The position numbers were made by a program, and so were the translations under genes. Shown here in pieces: positions 61,834 through 64,000 of a DNA stretch of 64,000 nucleotides. Under the pieces are notes generated by a model. It was given only the letters and a program-made list of their open reading frames with translations. It made no database searches and was not told the origin of the DNA. How positions within the stretch are numbered: the first letter of the stretch is position 1; each line of letters begins with the position of its first letter. This DNA comes from Negativicutes bacterium (lineage in GTDB: Bacteria; Bacillota; Negativicutes; UBA1444): NCBI GenBank assembly GCA_963665275.2, contig CAXXIN010000009.1, positions 32,001-96,000 of the forward strand, read 5' to 3'.

Positions 61834-62616
61834 TCAGTTAAAAGTCAACAATAAAGATCGAACAATCAGATGCCATCCGTCCACCAAAATGAACAGCAGA
61901 ACCTTAAAAGGCAGGGAAATCATCACCGGCGGCACCATCATCATGCCCATCGACATCAGGGTGCTGGCAACCACCATATCCACAACAATAAAGGGAATAT
62001 AGATAAGAAATCCAATTTGAAACGCAGTTTTCAATTCGCTGATCATGAAAGCTGGAATCAGAACTGTCGTTGGGACATCATTTTGCGTTTCCGGTCGCGG
62101 CCCATCAGTTAGGTTGATAAAAAGAGCGATGTCGTTTTCCCTTACCTGTTTAAACATAAACTCGCGCAATGGTTTCAATGCTTCCGTTGTAGCGTTTTCC
62201 TGCGACAAGCTCCCTGCGAGGAAAGGTTGCCATGCATTTTTATTGATTTGCTCCAAATAAGGCGACATCGTAAAAAATGTCAAAAACAACGCCAAGCCCA
62301 CAATAACTTGGTTGGGAGGCATCTGTTGCGTTGCCAGTGCACTGCGCAAAAACGATAAAACGACAATGATGCGAGTAAACGCCGTCATCATGATGAGTAT
62401 TGACGGCGCCAGGGAAAGAACCGTCAGCATCATGAGTATCTGAAGACTCATGGCCACATCCTGCGGCTTACTGGCCGGTTCAATGCCAATATTCATATTC
62501 GGTATCGGAATAAAGGGTGCTGCCTCCGTAATCGATGAAAAACAAACGAGCCACAAAAAACCAAATAGCAACAATAGGCGTTTGATGGATATATCGCCCT
62601 GCAAAACTGTATGCAT
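61834..62616 (-). CDS. fliP: Flagellar export protein FliP
   Basis: MTAFTRIIVVLSFLRSAL..QQMPPNQ, PAFMISELKTAF, MGMMMVPP..ISLPFK. Start uncertain (62616-62652). Confidence 0.95.
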   Translation of the reverse strand: MHTVLQGDISIKRLLLLFGFLWLVCFSSITEAAPFIPIPNMNIGIEPASKPQDVAMSLQILMMLTVLSLAPSILIMMTAFTRIIVVLSFLRSALATQQMPPNQVIVGLALFLTFFTMSPYLEQINKNAWQPFLAGSLSQENATTEALKPLREFMFKQVRENDIALFINLTDGPRPETQNDVPTTVLIPAFMISELKTAFQIGFLIYIPFIVVDMVVASTLMSMGMMMVPPVMISLPFKVLLFILVDGWHLIVRSLLLTFN

Positions 62617-62629
62617 CGACAACCGGACC

Positions 62630-63208
62630 CTACCTCTTCTCTTGGTCATCATTCTTTTGTGAGCCAGCCGGCGGAGAAAACATACCCGGGAACCTGTCCC
62701 TGATTTGTTTCAAGGCGGATATCTGGCTTCCCAACGCCTCTTCAAACGAGGGACGAGCGATTTTGGTAGAACTGCGGATTGCAGCGATTTGCTCCGCAGA
62801 GTCAATCTCAAACAATAATTGGATCGAGTGCTCAGTTGCGCCAACAACAAAGAACCGTCCCGCCATCTCCACCAGATGAATATTGCGATTCGGTCCCAAT
62901 GCAAGAGTTGTATGTATCGCCGCTCCGGCGCTCTGGCCCATGGCCCCCATCTTAACTGCTAGGAAGCGCGATGTAAGATAAGCGAGAAAAATAACCCCGA
63001 TGAATAAGACGATAAGGGATAGAACATATGCGACAGTACCCCAGCTGGAAGCTGCTGTTTTTGCCGCCGGATCCTGGTATTGCAGGTATCCAGGCGCTAC
63101 TGGGGCAACGGGTGTTTCTGCCGCAAACAGAATTCCGGGAAGACCACAGACCATGACAAAAACAAGGCCCGCAACGATCCGCAGACGGAGGCTCAACCCC
63201 AGAACCAT
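62630..63208 (-). CDS. fliO: Flagellar protein FliO/FliZ
   Basis: TM helix followed by LALGPNRNIHLVEMAGRFFVVGATEHSIQLL, located between cheY and fliP. Confidence 0.88.
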   Translation of the reverse strand: MVLGLSLRLRIVAGLVFVMVCGLPGILFAAETPVAPVAPGYLQYQDPAAKTAASSWGTVAYVLSLIVLFIGVIFLAYLTSRFLAVKMGAMGQSAGAAIHTTLALGPNRNIHLVEMAGRFFVVGATEHSIQLLFEIDSAEQIAAIRSSTKIARPSFEEALGSQISALKQIRDRFPGMFSPPAGSQKNDDQEKR

Positions 63209-63571
63209 CTATCCAACGGCCTTGCGTATAGCTTCCAGAACCCGGTCGGGTTGGAATGGCTTGACGATGAAATCACGCGCTCCGGATTGAATTGATTCAA
63301 TGACCATCGCCTGTTGTCCCATTGCGCTGCACATTATGATTTTGGCCTGCGGGTCGAACTTCCTGATTTCTTTTACCGCACTGATGCCATCCATCTCCGG
63401 CATGGTAATGTCCATCGTCGTCAGGTCGGGTTTTAACTCCTTGTACTTTTCTACCGCCTGCAACCCGTTGGCGCCTTCCCCAACGACTTCGAATCCGTTC
63501 TTGGAAAGAATATCTTTGATCATCATTCGCATAAACGCTGCGTCATCGACTACCAGAACTCGCAAACCCAT
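63209..63571 (-). CDS. cheY: Chemotaxis response regulator CheY
   Basis: VLVVDDAAFMRMMIKDIL, MDITMPEMDG, SAMGQQ, FIVKPF. Confidence 0.96.
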   Translation of the reverse strand: MGLRVLVVDDAAFMRMMIKDILSKNGFEVVGEGANGLQAVEKYKELKPDLTTMDITMPEMDGISAVKEIRKFDPQAKIIMCSAMGQQAMVIESIQSGARDFIVKPFQPDRVLEAIRKAVG

Positions 63572-63614
63572 CAGAAATCCCCTTCCTTATGTCATCCATA
63601 ATTTCTCTACCCTA

Positions 63615-64000
63615 CTACTGCAAAGTACTGGCTCTTTCCTGCATACTTACAATCCCTGTAATGCGAACACCAAAATTTTCGTCGATAACAACGACCTCAC
63701 CCTTGGCGACAATTTTCCCGTTCACTAGGATATCAACCGGTTCTCCGGCTAATTTATCCAACTCCACCACAGATCCGGGCGCCAATTCAAGAATTTCACG
63801 GATCAGTTTGCGGGTCCTACCGAGTTCCACCGTGACCTGAAGTGGTACATCCATAATCATGCCGATATTGGAGTCTGAGACGTTCAGCATTGTCTGCTTC
63901 AGTGGAGCGAACTGGGCCGGTTGAACCAATACATTCTGCTCGACTGCCATAGAAGGCTGCATCCGCTGCTGTGGTTGTTGCTGTTGCTGTTGCGGGGCTA
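63615..64000 (-). CDS. fliY: Flagellar motor switch protein FliY/FliN, C-terminal part (starts outside window)
   Basis: Gln/Pro-rich linker, VQPAQF, then the FliN domain [15 protein letters not shown]...[15 protein letters not shown]; precedes cheY. Confidence 0.88.
   Translation of the reverse strand, partial: APQQQQQQPQQRMQPSMAVEQNVLVQPAQFAPLKQTMLNVSDSNIGMIMDVPLQVTVELGRTRKLIREILELAPGSVVELDKLAGEPVDILVNGKIVAKGEVVVIDENFGVRITGIVSMQERASTLQ

Overview
Housekeeping segment of a Bacillota (Firmicutes) chromosome. The gene content and an exonuclease-less PolC suggest a motile Negativicutes/Clostridia-type organism (inference). All ~65 real genes lie on the minus strand. In transcription order: the end of the fla/che operon (fliY..fliA, fapA, swrB-like), rpsB-tsf-pyrH-frr-ferredoxin-uppS-cdsA-dxr-rseP-ispG-proS-polC, rimP-nusA-infB-rbfA-truB-ribF-rpsO-pnp, a lysine-riboswitch dapB-asd-dapG-dapA operon, rnj-ftsK-selU-rodZ-ygiQ-rimO-cinA-recA-recX, and rny-hypothetical-spoVS-(P-loop/Asp23)-DUF3870-miaB. 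I found no mobile element, CRISPR array, rRNA or tRNA. Between ~39.5 and 55.6 kb many genes, some essential, are broken by single-base indels mostly in homopolymers, which most likely are sequencing errors. I found no clear-cut new system. The best leads are: a PolC lacking the proofreading domain but with an intact PHP site; an rny gene with a structured leader and an apparent ATT start; an uncharacterised gene cluster between rny and miaB; the absence of sporulation genes from their usual slots; and a Prp-cleavage-like motif at the FlhB N-terminus.
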